A stretch of 52,551 bases of DNA from sequence record DRR723986_7741, one strand, 5' to 3'. The notes beneath the pieces were generated by a model, which saw only the letters and a program-made list of their open reading frames with translations, was not told the origin of the DNA and did no database searches. Shown piece by piece: positions 49,685 to 52,551 of this stretch (position 1 is its first letter; each line of letters opens with the position of its first letter). The translations under genes and the position numbers were made by a program.

Positions 49685-50566
49685 ATGAGTGTACTAGTAA
49701 ATAAAAATTCCAAGGTGATCGTACAAGGATTCACCGGGTCTGAGGGTTCTTTTCACGCACAGCAAATGATCGAATACGGTACAAACGTAGTCGGCGGTGT
49801 TACTCCTGGTAAAGGAGGCTCGACTCATTTGGAAAAGCCTGTTTTCAACTCTGTAGAAGAAGCTGTTCAAAAAACTGGTGCAGATACTTCAATCATCTTC
49901 GTACCACCGGCTTTTGCTGCTGATGCGATCATGGAAGCTGCAGATGCAGGCATCAAAGTAATCATCGCTATTACCGAGGGAATTCCTGTAGCTGATATGA
50001 TGAAAGCTAAGCCTTATATCCTTGAAAGGGGTGCAACCCTTATCGGTCCTAACTGCCCAGGTGTAATCACTCCAGGAGAAGCAAAAGTTGGTATCATGCC
50101 AGGGTTTGTCTTCAAATCAGGAAGAATAGGTATCGTATCCAAATCCGGAACCTTGACTTATGAAGCAGCTGATCAAGTGGCAAAAGCGGGTCTAGGTGTA
50201 TCTACAGCCATCGGTATCGGTGGAGATCCTATCATCGGAACTTCTACTAAACAAGCTGTACAATTGCTAATGGAAGATCCTGAGACTGACGCGATCGTGA
50301 TGATCGGTGAAATCGGAGGAAACTACGAAGCTGAAGCTGCGAAGTGGATCAAAGAAAATGGCAACAAGAAGCCTGTAGTGGGATTCATCGCTGGCCAAAC
50401 TGCTCCTGCTGGACGTAGAATGGGTCACGCTGGTGCGATCATCGGTGGAGCTGACGATACTGCTGCTGCCAAAATGAGAATCATGAGAGAAAATGGAATT
50501 CACGTAGTAGATTCTCCGGCTGAGATCGGAGCTACTATCGCTCAGGTTTTGGGTGTGAATGCTTAA
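49685..50566 (+). CDS. sucD: Succinyl-CoA synthetase alpha subunit
   Basis: [23 protein letters not shown]; start moved to ATG 49685. Confidence 0.97.
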   Translation: MSVLVNKNSKVIVQGFTGSEGSFHAQQMIEYGTNVVGGVTPGKGGSTHLEKPVFNSVEEAVQKTGADTSIIFVPPAFAADAIMEAADAGIKVIIAITEGIPVADMMKAKPYILERGATLIGPNCPGVITPGEAKVGIMPGFVFKSGRIGIVSKSGTLTYEAADQVAKAGLGVSTAIGIGGDPIIGTSTKQAVQLLMEDPETDAIVMIGEIGGNYEAEAAKWIKENGNKKPVVGFIAGQTAPAGRRMGHAGAIIGGADDTAAAKMRIMRENGIHVVDSPAEIGATIAQVLGVNA

Positions 50567-50624
50567 CTATTTGTTGGGTGCCTGCCCGCCGTGTCGGGTC
50601 GGGTGACGGATGCCCGATGTTTGG

Positions 50625-50657
50625 AAGCCGCTTCGAATTAGTTCGGAGCGGTTTTTT
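50625..50657 (+). terminator. Intrinsic terminator after sucD
   Basis: AAGCCGCTTCGAA-TTAG-TTCGGAGCGGTTT followed by a T-run. Confidence 0.85.
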
Positions 50658-50882
50658 GTTTTTTAGTAGCTAGATGTAAGACTCAAGTATCAAGACTGGA
50701 AATCTTGAAATCAATGTTCATTTTCAGATCCTTGACGCAGTCAAATTTTCATAACGTGAGATTATCGCCAAATTACACCCAACAATCCTAACTCAAATTG
50801 CACGTCAACATTTCCCAATTTTCAAATCTTCCAATTTTTCAATCTTCAATTCCTTACCTTTGCCGCTTCAATTCCGATACTT

Positions 50883-52514
50883 ATGATTTCAGTAGATAAT
50901 GTCGCCGTCATTCACAGCGGTTCCACTCTTTTCAGTAATGTTTCTTTTGCCATCAACGAAACCGACAAAATCGCCTTAATGGGTAAAAACGGAGCGGGTA
51001 AATCCACGCTCTTGAAGATCATTGCAGGGCAGACCAAACCGAGTTTAGGCTCCGTTTCTGCTCCCAAGGACTTTGTGGTGGCTTATTTACCTCAGCACTT
51101 GTTGACTTCAGATGATTGCTCGGTGATGGAAGAAACTTCCAAAGCTTTCGCAAGCTACCTGAACATGAAGACGGAAATTGAGCGAATCAATGAGGAATTG
51201 ACTGTAAGAACTGACTACGAATCCGATGAATATTACAAGCTAATAGAGCAGGTTTCTGAATTGAGTGAGAAATTCTACGCCATCGAGGAAGTGAATTATG
51301 AGGCGGAAGTAGAAAAAGTATTGATTGGATTAGGTTTCGAGAGAGCTGACTTGACTCGTTCGACTTCAGAATTTTCCGGAGGTTGGAGAATGCGAATTGA
51401 GTTGGCAAAAATTCTTTTGCAAAAGCCTGATTTAATCCTCCTAGATGAGCCTACTAACCACTTGGATATTGAATCCATTCAATGGCTGGAAGACTTCCTG
51501 TTGAACAAAGCAAAGGCTGTTGTGGTGATTTCCCACGATAGAGCCTTTGTGGACAATATTACCACCCGCACGATCGAGGTGACCATGGGTCGTATTTACG
51601 ATTACAAAGCTAAATACAGCCATTACCTAGAGCTCAGAAGAGAGCGTCGTGAGCAGCAGCAGAAGCAATACGAAGAGCAGCAAGCTACGATCGCCGACAT
51701 TCAAGGATTTATAGATCGCTTCAAAGGCACTTATTCCAAAACGCTCCAAGTACAGTCCCGCGTGAAAATGCTGGAGAAAATGGAGATTATCGAAGTAGAT
51801 GAGGTAGATACCTCAGCACTGAAACTTCGTTTCCCTCCTTCTCCACGATCTGGAAACTATCCAGTGATCGTAGAAGATATGAGCAAAAGCTACGATGAGC
51901 ATGTTGTCTTCAAAAACGCTTCTATGACCATCGAGCGTGGACAGAAAGTTTCCTTTGTAGGCAAAAACGGTGAAGGTAAATCAACCATGATCAAAGCTAT
52001 CATGGGCGAGATCGATTTTGAAGGAAAATGTGAATTGGGACACAATTCCATGATTGGCTATTTCGCACAAAACCAAGCTTCCTTGCTTGACGAGAGTTTG
52101 ACAATTTTTGAAACCATCGATCATATCGCCGTAGGTGAAATTCGCACCAAAGTGAAAGATATTCTGGGAGCTTTCATGTTCAAGGGCGATGATATCAATA
52201 AGAAAGTAAAAGTGCTTTCGGGCGGAGAAAAAACCCGTCTAGCAATGATTAAACTCCTATTAGAGCCAGTGAATTTGCTTATTCTCGATGAGCCTACCAA
52301 TCACTTGGATATGAAGACAAAGGATATCATCAAAGATGCTTTAAAAGCTTTTGACGGCACCCTAATTATTGTATCTCACGATAGAGACTTCTTGGATGGC
52401 CTGGTGACTAAAGTATTTGAATTTGGTAATAAACGTGTTAAAGAACACTTCGAGGATATCAATGGCTTCCTAAGAAATAAAAAGATTGAGAATTTGAAGG
52501 AAGTGGAAAGGTAA
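50883..52514 (+). CDS. ABC-F family ATPase
   Basis: Two NBDs (GKNGAGKST/FSGGW and GKNGEGKST/LSGGE), LDEPTNHLD twice, no TM. Confidence 0.95.
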   Translation: MISVDNVAVIHSGSTLFSNVSFAINETDKIALMGKNGAGKSTLLKIIAGQTKPSLGSVSAPKDFVVAYLPQHLLTSDDCSVMEETSKAFASYLNMKTEIERINEELTVRTDYESDEYYKLIEQVSELSEKFYAIEEVNYEAEVEKVLIGLGFERADLTRSTSEFSGGWRMRIELAKILLQKPDLILLDEPTNHLDIESIQWLEDFLLNKAKAVVVISHDRAFVDNITTRTIEVTMGRIYDYKAKYSHYLELRRERREQQQKQYEEQQATIADIQGFIDRFKGTYSKTLQVQSRVKMLEKMEIIEVDEVDTSALKLRFPPSPRSGNYPVIVEDMSKSYDEHVVFKNASMTIERGQKVSFVGKNGEGKSTMIKAIMGEIDFEGKCELGHNSMIGYFAQNQASLLDESLTIFETIDHIAVGEIRTKVKDILGAFMFKGDDINKKVKVLSGGEKTRLAMIKLLLEPVNLLILDEPTNHLDMKTKDIIKDALKAFDGTLIIVSHDRDFLDGLVTKVFEFGNKRVKEHFEDINGFLRNKKIENLKEVER

Positions 52515-52551
52515 TCGGATATCGGATGTCGGATGTCGGATGTCGGATGTC
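52515..52551. repeat. Tandem heptamer TCGGAT(G/A), at least 5 copies, runs off window
   Basis: tcggata tcggatg tcggatg tcggatg tcggatg tc, immediately after the ABC-F stop. Confidence 0.9.

Noticed and set aside
50575-50616. GC-rich hairpin after sucD as an ncRNA
   Set aside because: Short and poorly paired; at most a degenerate REP-like element
3033-51623. Many short ORFs antisense or nested within long genes
   Set aside because: Shadow frames of well-supported CDSs, with no motifs

Overview
Bacteroidota chromosome segment (gene content suggests Cyclobacteriaceae, Algoriphagus-like; this is inference). About 1-22.2 kb is the right part of an integrative conjugative element (ICE). It carries ardC (partial) and radC, each preceded by a related long hairpin, a Bacteroidetes-type tra operon with three TraI-like paralogues, a wHTH/Xis/wHTH triad, cargo (TonB siderophore receptor plus PepSY protein, and an ArsR-led mer operon) and an IS21 stump. 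It ends at a displaced 3' fragment of an Ala-type acceptor RNA, most likely tmRNA (attR). Next come the decayed tail of a large serine recombinase, an RND efflux operon, and a Fic gene preceded by a very regular palindromic array with a 70-bp period. The rest looks like core chromosome: an ABC exporter, a divergent B12 uptake locus with a cobalamin riboswitch, an AAA_14/DUF4143 gene with its own 32-bp palindromic array, meaB, hemJ-SCO-cytochrome c, a class IV aminotransferase, a DUF3299/ABC module, a hybrid kinase, sucD and an ABC-F gene. All calls come from reading the sequence by eye; no searches were run.
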